64,000 bases of DNA from an uncultured Bacteroidales bacterium (GTDB taxonomy: Bacteria > Hydrothermota > 32-111): the NCBI GenBank assembly GCA_964544145.1, contig CAZJAT010000004.1, forward strand, positions 16,177-80,176. The letters are read 5' to 3'. The notes beneath the pieces were generated by a model, which saw only the letters and a list, made by a program, of their open reading frames with translations, ran no database searches and was not told where the DNA came from. Each line of letters starts with the position of its first letter. The first letter of the stretch is position 1. Of the stretch, positions 21,501 through 30,570 are shown piece by piece. The position numbers were made by a program, and so were the translations under genes.

Positions 21501-22977
21501 TACATTTGTTTTACTGAAAAGGGATTCCAGTGATACAACCATGTTCAAATCAGATTCATTGGGACCGCTGACAGCCGGCTCATCAGATTATAAATTTCTT
21601 TATTATATATCAATGAAAGACAGCACCAGCAATATAATAAATTCTGCTAAAAAATATTATTTAGTGAAATCCCTTCCTGATTTCGGATTGAAGACAAACT
21701 CATTGGAGATAAATTCTGTAAACAGAACACCGGTAATTGAATATTATATTGAAAACTTCAGGGGCCTTTCCATACCGGGATTTGCGGTTGAGTTTTATGA
21801 AATCGGCACAGATTCAGCTATCATAACCATTGATTCTATTGCCGGTATAAATGAAATACTTTCAAAGAATTATGCTACTCTTAATGAAGATGTCTATTTA
21901 AATGATTTTACTGTGACAATGGATATCTATAATCAAATCAATGAAGCTGCTGAAGATAATAATAAAATAGTATTTGAAAATTATGACCATCTGATTATTT
22001 TAATCGATGATGATGTTGAAGATAAAAATCCGGATTTTCATCTATTGTCAGCTGATATTGAAGACAGATTCAGTAATCTTGGGTCTTTCTTATGTTTTTC
22101 AAGGAATGAATTCACTGATTCATTAAGCACTATGAAGATGTTTTCTGAAAGTGATGGAAATGTATATGAATATAATATTTTTAATGGCGATACAGTAAAA
22201 TGTGATATTAATCTCTCATTTAATGATTCCACGCTTAATGATGAAGATTATAATTTATATGCTTATGATTTTAATGACAGTGTTTATGTGAAGGTATCTG
22301 ATATTCTGGATTATGTGAATGTAAGTCTTAACACCGGTCTTAATAAGTTTACAATTGCAGATCACACAGATTCATTATCACCATATATAGCAATACTGAT
22401 TGAAAACAGTGATTATGTGGGCAATGTAATATTATCCGAAGAATGTGAATTATCATTTGTTATTGAGGATGAGAGCGGAGTAAGACCGGATGATATAACT
22501 ATCATTCTAAATAATGATACATTGACGCGGGGTGAATATTCAATATCAGAGAACACTGATATCAGAAATATTCCAATACAGATGACCAAAAACCTTGATG
22601 ACGGGATATATGATATTACTGTTATCGCAAAGGATATTTACAGTAATGAAAGCACTGAAATAATGGAGTTTAAAGTTGCTCAGACATTTGCAATACTGTC
22701 TGCAGCAAATTTCCCCAATCCTGTTTCAGGCTCATCCACTGTTTTAGCCTGCAGGCTGACTGAAAATGCAGATGAATTAATATTTCATTTATTTGATTCA
22801 TCAGGCAGAAAAATAAGACAACAATCATTTATTCCGGGTAGCGATAATATTTTCACATATGATTTTGATGTTTCAAATTTATCAAATGGAACGTATTTAT
22901 ATTACTTTGAAGCATATAAGAATGGCGGCAGTGAAAAAGTTAAATCAAAGATTCAGAAAATGAGTGTGCTTAAATGA
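18490..22977 (+). CDS. 1495-aa C25-like (clan CD) peptidase-domain protein with a T9SS CTD, a PorU-like candidate
   Basis: The signal peptide is MVKLRISLLIFAVVYLSVMA. The His-Gly/Ser-Cys dyad context is MNVLAHGAIRS ... LVNVFSCNTTEFD. The C-terminal region FPNPVSGSSTV...IFHLFDSSGRKI...GTYLYYFEAY is a classic type-A CTD. Confidence 0.55.
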   Translation: MVKLRISLLIFAVVYLSVMADFSIISNEGNNISVFYNGIYSEGGKAIILPPNDNYSISVSPSNAFDKNQYRAIYSGDMHLLPLPQTDEAYTISVNYDNTRVFGKRIIPESDIMSSFSDIIINSENIAEFIKPRTPIHFKASYTGLPVLKMRIDSSGIYRVYYSQLNAVTDIELSGINPRNIQLFCKNKEIPLYISNIADSSFNAGDFIEFFAERNDGEGYRYFDKYNIENVYILTVEGNPGSRYVQFTSTISHDSLIAANIESHYRTVHVEADSFFYRFQTVSADTSDFWFDRYMNDPNTYDINIDLNDRIADSPLILTSYLHGVSHLGINPDHPLDIYMNDSIIESINWNDQLPYYYKSDSIVLPDTNEICVTYHVKSIPGDTSSSDSLLFNDIMLNWTELTYERALRPENGYLVFSMDPREGYGRFRFRITGFANSNVEILRKDLKRIIGFNVLYDTLTFTYTVIFEDDIYTTGVQYGVYERSNLHTPDEIERYEYADLASSLNRGKFVIICPQELKEESAEIANLFDEDVFIAGTEDIYNEFSDGFVRPSGIRDFLRAAYNNWEIAPTHVLLLGDASRDQNNHLNKKQYYIPNGYVYGLVDFGYSCSDNYYGRVVGEDVLEDISVSRYPVKTINDIYNLKSKIIHYTDPRNMGTHYLRALMVYDTTEYIRSENDSKTLGSMLPFYLYPKYMHTFQSWGPDFIPELYKGAFVMNVLAHGAIRSIGYGMYLRIFDVYRYNNISRLPLVNVFSCNTTEFDFVAPDTISIGEAFATAPGGGAIGYYGATGTSEAGVNFVLSRAIFRQFTEKGLKNIGDILRIGETEFFLEASNNNPYNFLYYRSQEIMNYNLLGIGFLDLNIPKPSNDELLLSSEDLGAGDTLTVELNSQHIQNGNMESIILDIDKNAISHNHSEIFDSTGTNNLIMPDTVNIGSMTVLTVSSSSDTSLLQYAFPSIGRVGMSTFGMLPAEPDTSSRFIIYAKIKNAGALTEQYAYYKKETAGNYTFVLLKRDSSDTTMFKSDSLGPLTAGSSDYKFLYYISMKDSTSNIINSAKKYYLVKSLPDFGLKTNSLEINSVNRTPVIEYYIENFRGLSIPGFAVEFYEIGTDSAIITIDSIAGINEILSKNYATLNEDVYLNDFTVTMDIYNQINEAAEDNNKIVFENYDHLIILIDDDVEDKNPDFHLLSADIEDRFSNLGSFLCFSRNEFTDSLSTMKMFSESDGNVYEYNIFNGDTVKCDINLSFNDSTLNDEDYNLYAYDFNDSVYVKVSDILDYVNVSLNTGLNKFTIADHTDSLSPYIAILIENSDYVGNVILSEECELSFVIEDESGVRPDDITIILNNDTLTRGEYSISENTDIRNIPIQMTKNLDDGIYDITVIAKDIYSNESTEIMEFKVAQTFAILSAANFPNPVSGSSTVLACRLTENADELIFHLFDSSGRKIRQQSFIPGSDNIFTYDFDVSNLSNGTYLYYFEAYKNGGSEKVKSKIQKMSVLK

Positions 22978-23939
22978 AAAATATTTTTATAATTTTAATC
23001 ATATGTCCTATATTTTTATTCAGTACAGAATCTTTTCTGGATATTTACATGTTTTCATCAGGGGAAGCAAATGCAGGGAACACTTTCTCAAGCACAGGCG
23101 ATTATATTGCAGTAAATAACCCTGCGGGTAATTTGAATGTGATGACATTTAAAATGCTCTATGAACATAAATTCCTTATGGATAATATCAGCTCATACAA
23201 TGCAGCATCAGTAACAATACCTATATTCAATACTATAAGTACAGGTATCTCTTATATAAATCAGAATATTGATAATATACCCATTTACGGCGAATATCCG
23301 GGTAATCCGGATTCACTGGATTTTGAACCGCTTGGTTATTTCAGTGATAATGCTCATGCATTTTATTTCAATATTGCTTATACTTATGTGCCATCACTAT
23401 ATACAGTATATGAATTGGCAGTGGGAACAAATATAAAATATATATATCATAATATTTATAATAATACCGGAATGGGTTCAGGATTTGATATTGCAGCAGA
23501 TTTACTGCTGTATATGAATAGAATAAATTATAAATGGATTGGATTAATGGACTTTTTCATAATAATGCAGGATGTGGGAACAACCGAAATTAAATGGAAT
23601 ACACTTAGTGAAAATATTGACCAGAGAGGGTATCAACTAGTAACAGGTATAGGATATTCACTGCCTGTTGATGTGCTAAAAACAGAGTTTAATACAGAAG
23701 TGAATGCTAAATACGGAAGGAACAATGGAATGGGCGCTGCGATAAGTATGAATTATAACAATATGGCAGGTATAACTACAGGAATCAATTATGAGGAAGG
23801 ATTGAACAATTACTCATTTAGTGAACCGCGAGCCGGTGTTTTTATTCTATTCTCGGGATTTGAGGTGCATTACAGCATATCATCATCAGAATTAGGTTTG
23901 AATCATTCAGTAACAGTTGGTTATTCATATGATAAATAA
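22974..23939 (+). CDS. predicted outer-membrane beta-barrel protein coupled to the upstream CTD peptidase (PorV/PorP-like candidate)
   Basis: An ATGA overlap at 22974-22977 couples it to the upstream gene. It has a signal peptide and alternating hydrophobic and Tyr-rich strands. The N-terminal GEANAGNTFSSTGDYIAVNNPAG is reminiscent of the PorV N-terminal NPA region, which I recall only vaguely. Confidence 0.35.
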   Translation: MKNIFIILIICPIFLFSTESFLDIYMFSSGEANAGNTFSSTGDYIAVNNPAGNLNVMTFKMLYEHKFLMDNISSYNAASVTIPIFNTISTGISYINQNIDNIPIYGEYPGNPDSLDFEPLGYFSDNAHAFYFNIAYTYVPSLYTVYELAVGTNIKYIYHNIYNNTGMGSGFDIAADLLLYMNRINYKWIGLMDFFIIMQDVGTTEIKWNTLSENIDQRGYQLVTGIGYSLPVDVLKTEFNTEVNAKYGRNNGMGAAISMNYNNMAGITTGINYEEGLNNYSFSEPRAGVFILFSGFEVHYSISSSELGLNHSVTVGYSYDK

Positions 23940-24867
23940 GGAATCAGTTCTCAAGATTACTGATAAGAATAATTTTCTTGTATTTGCAGGCACAAATGAA
24001 GACAATATAAAATCAATATTGTCAGCTATAAAGGATAAATATGTTGATCCGTCATTTGAGGATTTGGACTATATTGAAATATATGGTGATGAATTCAATA
24101 TGGAAGAGTTCTCACAGTCGGCAATGGCTATGCCAATGATCTCAGCAAAGAAGGTAATAGTAGTTAGAAATGCTGTACGATTGAGTTCAGCAGATGCTAA
24201 GGATCTCAATAAAATCGCGGAGAGTATGAGCGAAAGCGTAGTACTTGTTCTGATTTATGTTGATCCGAATAAATACCATTCTCAGATAGTCAGGCAGTCA
24301 GAGGATTTATTCCAAAATGCTAAGATAATACTTATGGCAAGAGAAAGACAATTAACCTTTGATGACATCAGGGTCATTTCATCTGAAAAAAATCTCAATT
24401 TAAGTGAAAACGCAATAAGAAGAATATTAGATATCTCTGATTCTAATCCGGATATTGCAATGAATCTGCTTAATACTGCATGGATGCTTAACAATAATGA
24501 ATCATTTGACAGTATGATAGAGGATAAATCAGGATTTGAAATTTATCCTACTATGCATAATGAATTTCTCAATTTTTTTTCAATGTATCAAAAGGAAAAA
24601 TGTTTTGAATTCTACAGACGTTTAATAAAGTGGCATGTGATTTCCCCGGAGGGTTTAATCATGATATTATTGAGTCATATTGAAAAAATGAAAAAATCGG
24701 CCTGTGGGAATGGAAATATAAGGTATAATAAAAATAAATGGAATTTATCTGAAATTGACAGGGCATATTATTTGTTTTATAATGTGCTTAGAAATTTCAG
24801 AACAATCAAAAAAGAATATGCAATTTTATCATTTGAACAGGTGCTCTTAAACGTATTAAAAGCTTAA
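23917..24867 (+). CDS. holA: DNA polymerase III delta subunit
   Basis: The N-terminal layout matches HolA from memory: LVFAGTNEDN..., IEIYGDE..., KKVIVVRNAVRLSSADAKDL, VVLVLIY. The start may instead be the MINK codon at 23929. Confidence 0.5.
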   Translation: MVIHMINKESVLKITDKNNFLVFAGTNEDNIKSILSAIKDKYVDPSFEDLDYIEIYGDEFNMEEFSQSAMAMPMISAKKVIVVRNAVRLSSADAKDLNKIAESMSESVVLVLIYVDPNKYHSQIVRQSEDLFQNAKIILMARERQLTFDDIRVISSEKNLNLSENAIRRILDISDSNPDIAMNLLNTAWMLNNNESFDSMIEDKSGFEIYPTMHNEFLNFFSMYQKEKCFEFYRRLIKWHVISPEGLIMILLSHIEKMKKSACGNGNIRYNKNKWNLSEIDRAYYLFYNVLRNFRTIKKEYAILSFEQVLLNVLKA

Positions 24868-24876
24868 GGGGGAAGT

Positions 24877-25803
24877 ATGGACCTAAGAGAATTATTGTCA
24901 GCAAAAGAGAGTGTTAAGGAAAAATTAGAAAAACTGGAACACATCAAGTCGGATATAAGAGAAGCTGTGTATGACAAGATTAAAGCTGAATATACAGAAA
25001 AGATGACTGAAATTGACAAGGCTATTGATGAGAACAAATTACAGGTTGAAGAAGAGCTCAGCAGCATTAAAGAGGAAATAGCTGAGGTCAATTCATTCCT
25101 TGAGAAATACGAATCAGAATATGAGGAAATCAGTGTTCGCATCCAGATTGGAGAATTCAGCGAGGATGAGTATGGTGAAAAAAGGGATGAATTGAAAAAT
25201 CAGATTGACATGTACATAATGAGGCAGAAAGAATTGAATCAGAAAATGGCAGAATTGGGTGTGACTGGAGATGCAGAAGAATTAGAGGAAAGCAGTCTTG
25301 ATGATACACAGAAAGAAGAGGATATTGAATCGGTATTTGATGAGATAAGCACACTTGAAGAAAAACCCGATTTCAGTACTGAAATTGTTGAAGATGAAAC
25401 GGATGTTGCTGATAACACGGAACCAGAAATTATGCCTGATTTTAATGCTGAGATTACTGAATCAGAAGCTGTTGATTTATCTGAAAAGGATAAAGATGAT
25501 GCGGCATTTGAACTGGCAACTGATTTGACACCTGATGTTGAAGAGGAGAAGAACCCATTCGAAGATGCATTGAAGGATCCGATTAATGATATATTACAGC
25601 CTATTATCACTGAGGAATTTAATGAAAATGAAAACAGTGACGGCATACAGCCGATAGAGACCAATTTGAATGAGTTTTTCAATGCAGCAGAAGAAAATGA
25701 TGAAGAGCAGAATGACATTGAGGGTATTACATGCCCAAAATGCGGTCATGTAAATAATCCTAATTTGATGAATTGCGAAAAATGCGGTGCTGAGCTGTTC
25801 TAA
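24877..25803 (+). CDS. highly acidic coiled-coil protein with a C-terminal double-CxxC zinc ribbon
   Basis: The N-terminal 130 aa have coiled-coil heptad character. A D/E-rich low-complexity centre follows. The C-terminus is CPKCGHVNNPNLMNCEKCGAEL. Confidence 0.5.
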   Translation: MDLRELLSAKESVKEKLEKLEHIKSDIREAVYDKIKAEYTEKMTEIDKAIDENKLQVEEELSSIKEEIAEVNSFLEKYESEYEEISVRIQIGEFSEDEYGEKRDELKNQIDMYIMRQKELNQKMAELGVTGDAEELEESSLDDTQKEEDIESVFDEISTLEEKPDFSTEIVEDETDVADNTEPEIMPDFNAEITESEAVDLSEKDKDDAAFELATDLTPDVEEEKNPFEDALKDPINDILQPIITEEFNENENSDGIQPIETNLNEFFNAAEENDEEQNDIEGITCPKCGHVNNPNLMNCEKCGAELF

Positions 25804-25820
25804 ATAATTATTAATAATTT

Positions 25821-27182
25821 ATGAGATTACGTCATGCACCTCTATATACAATAAGCATATATATAAACACCATACTTGCAGCATTGCAGGGTATTGTGGC
25901 AGCAACCCTTTTAGATCCCTATTATATGGGCTATTTCTCACAGATTAAGGTAATACTTGCTTATTTAATGATGATTAATGTCGGTTTTATAAATGGTTTG
26001 CTCATTGTACTTCCCAAATCAGACAGACAAACGCAGCAAGAATATATTAATGCAGGTTTCTGGATGAGCCTTGCATTATACTCATTGGGTGCATTTGTTT
26101 TTCTGATTCTTTATTTTATTATGCATGAGAAGTCATTTCTCTTTGTAGCCATTGTATTCCCCATATATGGCATAAAAGAGATACCGATATATATAATGAG
26201 AGGAAAGGGTGATTTTAAGAGTTTGTCCATAATGTATATCATATCATCAATAGTATCCTTTGCCCTTATAACAGGTTTGATTTATTATTTCAAGTTCATA
26301 GGTGCATTGGGAGCTCTCTCCTTAACTGTCATTCTAATGCTTGTGCTGGGCCTTGGAGTCGGGAAAATCAGGGTTTCACTCAAAATAAAAAAACAACGAA
26401 TAGTGGGGCTTTTCCGGAACGGCATATTTATATATATAAAGGATTTTTTCAGATTTCTGAAGAGTTCAATGGAAAAGCTTATCATGATGTTTATTATGCC
26501 AAAAGAGGTTTATGCAGTTTACACTGTCGGCATTGTGATGATATCATTTTTTGATATTCTACCATCAACAATATTTCAGTATCTGCTTCCGGATTTTATC
26601 AGAGAAGGGACAAAATGGTCTGAAGAAAGAATGTCAAAAACTATTTCCATAATTACATACATAATGACTGTCCTTCTTCTGGGAGGTATATATGTGTTTT
26701 CAATGCTTATACCAAAGATTCTTCCTGCTTACACATCATCCCTTATCATTTTTTATTTGTTAACATTCACATGTTATATAAATATATGGAATTATATAAT
26801 ATATAATAAATTTGTTTCAGAAAATAAGATCAAATATATGTATGCATCACAATTCATCGGCTTATTTGCATTACTTGTTTCAATTGCTGTCTTCTATGGA
26901 TTAATGAATGTGAATGTATCAGATATGATTTTCGCCGCATATTCAATACTTATAGCAAGAACTGCCTACATAATTTCACTTATAATCATATTCAGGGCAA
27001 GTACAAGTCTTAATCTATTTACACCCGAAACAAGTATAATCAGCGGAAGCAGTATTCTGACTATTATAGCTGCGCTTCTGCTTGTATCCAGAAATATACA
27101 TATAATTCCTCTTCTCCTTTTTGCATACAGTATAATATATTTTAAAAGGCTTAGGGCATGGATACGAGAATTGACATTATAG
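25821..27182 (+). CDS. polysaccharide biosynthesis protein / oligosaccharide flippase (Wzx, MOP superfamily)
   Basis: A 453-aa protein with about 12-14 TM helices is followed by glycosyltransferase genes. Confidence 0.5.
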   Translation: MRLRHAPLYTISIYINTILAALQGIVAATLLDPYYMGYFSQIKVILAYLMMINVGFINGLLIVLPKSDRQTQQEYINAGFWMSLALYSLGAFVFLILYFIMHEKSFLFVAIVFPIYGIKEIPIYIMRGKGDFKSLSIMYIISSIVSFALITGLIYYFKFIGALGALSLTVILMLVLGLGVGKIRVSLKIKKQRIVGLFRNGIFIYIKDFFRFLKSSMEKLIMMFIMPKEVYAVYTVGIVMISFFDILPSTIFQYLLPDFIREGTKWSEERMSKTISIITYIMTVLLLGGIYVFSMLIPKILPAYTSSLIIFYLLTFTCYINIWNYIIYNKFVSENKIKYMYASQFIGLFALLVSIAVFYGLMNVNVSDMIFAAYSILIARTAYIISLIIIFRASTSLNLFTPETSIISGSSILTIIAALLLVSRNIHIIPLLLFAYSIIYFKRLRAWIRELTL

Positions 27183-28024
27183 TAGTTGCATATAAGAATA
27201 TTCAGCGTTTTATGAAGAAGAATTATTCACTTATTTCAGATAATAATATTAGGATAATTATTGCTGACAATAACAATAATAATATTAAGGAATGCAGGAA
27301 TGATAATGTAATATATGTAAATATGGGTGCAAATATGGGATATGGAACTGCAGTTAACAGGGTTCTGAAATACTCCAAAAGCAAATTTGTTATGATTTGC
27401 AATGATGATATTGTGTTTAAAAAGGATTTTTTTACAACAATATACAGAGAGATGGAATTTTATGAAAGGGGCAATATAGGATTAATAGGATTCAATGTAA
27501 TTAGTGAGAAAACGGAAAGAAGGGGATTACACAGACAATTATACAGCATTCCGCTTATTTTATTCCATTTTTCAATTTTTCCTCTCATATTATCGCTTTT
27601 TTCCAGGGGGAATGGATACATTGGAGGATATGAAACCATTCATTATCATAAATCCTCAAAATATGTGAAGGGCGTCTCCGGCTCCTGTTTTATGTGCGGC
27701 AGGGATATACTTCTTGGTTTAGGCGGTTTTGATGAGAAATTTTTCTTGACATATGAGGAAACGGAATTATTCAGGCGAGTACTAAAAGCGGGATATCTCA
27801 TATATTATGAAAGCAGCGCAATTGTATATCACAAACATGGCTTTTCAGCATCAGGTATATCCTTAAGAGAATCATACAGGTCAATGCATGTTTATCTTGA
27901 AAAACACTATCCAAAATGGGCAGTTATATCAGCTAAACTATATATATTTATATGGCTGTCAATAAGGGCACTTTTTTCAAAAAAGAAGAGAAATGAAATT
28001 AAATACTTTCTGCTTAAACAATAG
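27158..28024 (+). CDS. glycosyltransferase family 2
   Basis: It has the N-terminal GT-A layout IDIIVVAYKN ... IIIADNN ... MICNDDIVF, which contains the DxD motif. Confidence 0.6.
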   Translation: MDTRIDIIVVAYKNIQRFMKKNYSLISDNNIRIIIADNNNNNIKECRNDNVIYVNMGANMGYGTAVNRVLKYSKSKFVMICNDDIVFKKDFFTTIYREMEFYERGNIGLIGFNVISEKTERRGLHRQLYSIPLILFHFSIFPLILSLFSRGNGYIGGYETIHYHKSSKYVKGVSGSCFMCGRDILLGLGGFDEKFFLTYEETELFRRVLKAGYLIYYESSAIVYHKHGFSASGISLRESYRSMHVYLEKHYPKWAVISAKLYIFIWLSIRALFSKKKRNEIKYFLLKQ

Positions 28025-29324
28025 AAACAGATTTATACTTCTATCTGTTATCAATGCTGTAATAATTACTATATCTCTAATATTGGGCAATTATTCATTA
28101 CTGATTCTTGCAGTTTTCCTGTCATGTGCAGCAATGTGGAATATCAGTAAAAACAATCACACTGTATTTTTCAGCATATTGCTTTTCTATGGTTTATTTT
28201 CAAGGATTATCAGTTATTATTTCCCTGCAGAATATAATCCAATATTCCTGTTCACAGCATTTTATCTGATACTGTATGGAGATCATATAATCAGCAGACT
28301 GATGAATCTGAGAAAAAAAACATGGGCAGGCATCATTGTTTACACATGTATTGCACTTTTCTACACAATATGCATAAACAAATCCTATATATTTACTCAA
28401 ATGATATCTTTTAATATAATGATACTACCTGTATTTGCAGTACTGCTTATAAGGGAAAACAGGGAATTGATAGACATTATTATATATTCAGCTCCATTAA
28501 TCCTGATTTATTCAATATTTCAGTATGGAGGCGCTTTTTTTCAGTCAGATGCAGTTTGGATTGCAGAAAATGCGTTAAAAACATATGATTCCATGAAAAT
28601 TGCAGGTAATTTAAGGCCATTCTCTGTATTTTCGTCAGTAGAGGAATTTGGATTTTTTCTGATGATATTGGCTATACTGCCATCGTACAGGAAAAGCAGG
28701 TATACATTCTCTTTATCGGCAATTTCAGTTATTATGCTTTTTATATATTCAATAAGATTGCCTCTTATAATGATAATTGTATTTGCAGTGTATTATATGC
28801 TAAGAAAGAAATATTATCGTGCAGTTCTAATCTGTATAAGTGCTATGCTTCTGATAACTGTTATCCTGAATATAATCCCATTTAAGGAAAAACTGCATGT
28901 CAGCGAAACGGGACCCAAGGTTTTCATAACTCATTCATTAGAACCATTCAGGAATATCTTTTCATCATATTCGTTTAAAAAAAGAATTGAATATTTTTCC
29001 GAGAACTCTATCAATTTCATTAAATATCCCTGGGGTATGGGTATTAACAATAATCCGAGAATTCTTGTTCACAATAAAAATATATATGACTCAGAAAGTG
29101 CATTTATGATGCTCATACTTTCCTGTGGAATACTGATGCTAATATTTATAATTGCAGTGTATGTAAATTTGATTAAAAAAGTTATTTTCGGAAGGATGAA
29201 CTTTATACTGTATTTAACATTCCTTGGATTATTTATGCTTGTATTCTCTCATGTATTATCTTTTCATTTTATCAATTTGATTTATTATTATGCAATAATA
29301 AGGAGTATTGATGATAGGTATTGA
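27993..29324 (+). CDS. O-antigen polymerase/ligase-like polytopic membrane protein (Wzy/WaaL family candidate)
   Basis: A 443-aa protein with 10 or more TM helices and a larger loop, lying inside a glycosyltransferase cluster. Confidence 0.4.
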   Translation: MKLNTFCLNNRNRFILLSVINAVIITISLILGNYSLLILAVFLSCAAMWNISKNNHTVFFSILLFYGLFSRIISYYFPAEYNPIFLFTAFYLILYGDHIISRLMNLRKKTWAGIIVYTCIALFYTICINKSYIFTQMISFNIMILPVFAVLLIRENRELIDIIIYSAPLILIYSIFQYGGAFFQSDAVWIAENALKTYDSMKIAGNLRPFSVFSSVEEFGFFLMILAILPSYRKSRYTFSLSAISVIMLFIYSIRLPLIMIIVFAVYYMLRKKYYRAVLICISAMLLITVILNIIPFKEKLHVSETGPKVFITHSLEPFRNIFSSYSFKKRIEYFSENSINFIKYPWGMGINNNPRILVHNKNIYDSESAFMMLILSCGILMLIFIIAVYVNLIKKVIFGRMNFILYLTFLGLFMLVFSHVLSFHFINLIYYYAIIRSIDDRY

Positions 29325-30570
29325 AATACGGGACAGACAGGATGAAAATGAACACAAGGCAATAACAATTACTGATGAGTATACAGCTAAATATCCCGAA
29401 AAATCATATATGCGTTACTCATTTCTCTGGGCAGCATTCAATACGCTTAATAACAGTGAATTTAGAGTCAGGAAAAGGGAATATAAAAAATTTATTTTCG
29501 CAAACAATATATCCGTTAATAAGCGTTATTTTATAAATTGGGGTATTGATAATAAGAAAATACTCAATCAGTTTGAAAGGGCCGGCTATTCGGCAATCAA
29601 AATTAAATTGACCCAGAGAGCATTCGGCTTAATGATTAAGAACACAATATATTATCCCATGCATAGAGGAAGATATAAAAGTTCTAATAATCAGGATGCC
29701 TCCATTGAAGAGAATTTTAATTCAATTGAAGAGAATATGAAGTATGATGAAGTACATTTGAGGAACTCATTCAGAACACTGATGGAAGGCAAGAGACCCG
29801 AATTTATAATAGTCAATGAAGACAGAACAAAGTATGTAAGGTTATTGATTGAGACAGCAGGTGCTCTGGGTATAAAGGTTTTCACAGTTCAGCATGGTCT
29901 GACACCTATTGTAATGGACAATCATATACCATTTGCCAATGAATCATTTGCTCCTTTGAATGGGGATTACATATGCTGCTGGGGAGAAAATTCTAAAAAA
30001 TATCTTATAGATAATAATGTGCCGCAGGAAAAAATTATTATCACCGGAAATGCTGATGCGGACATTCATGTAAAGCAGACAGAATCATCACATAGGCGTA
30101 TTCTCGTTATTGATCAGCAATATATCGGCCAGGATGAGGAGATGATATATACATACAATAAGCTTCTCAAATGCCTGGATTCAAATGAAATTGACTATTA
30201 TATATATATGAGAGGACAATATAATTATGATTATTTAAAAAATGTCTGTAAACCGGGAAGCCTTATTAAATGGCAGAAGGGCATGATACATCATTATATG
30301 AATTTGGCTGACAAAGTAGTCGGATTTTATTCAACAGCAGTTTTGGAATCACTGTTATCAGGTACTGATGCTGTTTCATTTGATGCTTTGCAGAGAGGAG
30401 ATGTAATGGGATTTAAAGAATCGGGAATCCCTGTAGTATCAGATTGCAGAGAACTGGCAGACATATTAGCAAGCGGTCCATTGAAAAAAACATATCTTGA
30501 TAATCATTTCAGTCAAATAAGCGATTATGCAGCGAAGAATATTTTTGATGCAGTAATGGAACGGATATGA
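29308..30570 (+). CDS. hypothetical polysaccharide-cluster protein (possible GT-B-fold / capsule biosynthesis-type transferase)
   Basis: It is a soluble 420-aa protein coupled to the flanking GT genes. I recognise no signature motif with confidence. Confidence 0.3.
   Translation: MMIGIEIRDRQDENEHKAITITDEYTAKYPEKSYMRYSFLWAAFNTLNNSEFRVRKREYKKFIFANNISVNKRYFINWGIDNKKILNQFERAGYSAIKIKLTQRAFGLMIKNTIYYPMHRGRYKSSNNQDASIEENFNSIEENMKYDEVHLRNSFRTLMEGKRPEFIIVNEDRTKYVRLLIETAGALGIKVFTVQHGLTPIVMDNHIPFANESFAPLNGDYICCWGENSKKYLIDNNVPQEKIIITGNADADIHVKQTESSHRRILVIDQQYIGQDEEMIYTYNKLLKCLDSNEIDYYIYMRGQYNYDYLKNVCKPGSLIKWQKGMIHHYMNLADKVVGFYSTAVLESLLSGTDAVSFDALQRGDVMGFKESGIPVVSDCRELADILASGPLKKTYLDNHFSQISDYAAKNIFDAVMERI

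Noticed and set aside
25239-25718. 159-aa Ser-rich ORF on the minus strand
   Set aside because: It is exactly antisense to the D/E-rich region of the acidic zinc-ribbon gene (GAA/GAT repeats read as Ser codons on the other strand). It is a low-complexity mirror artefact.
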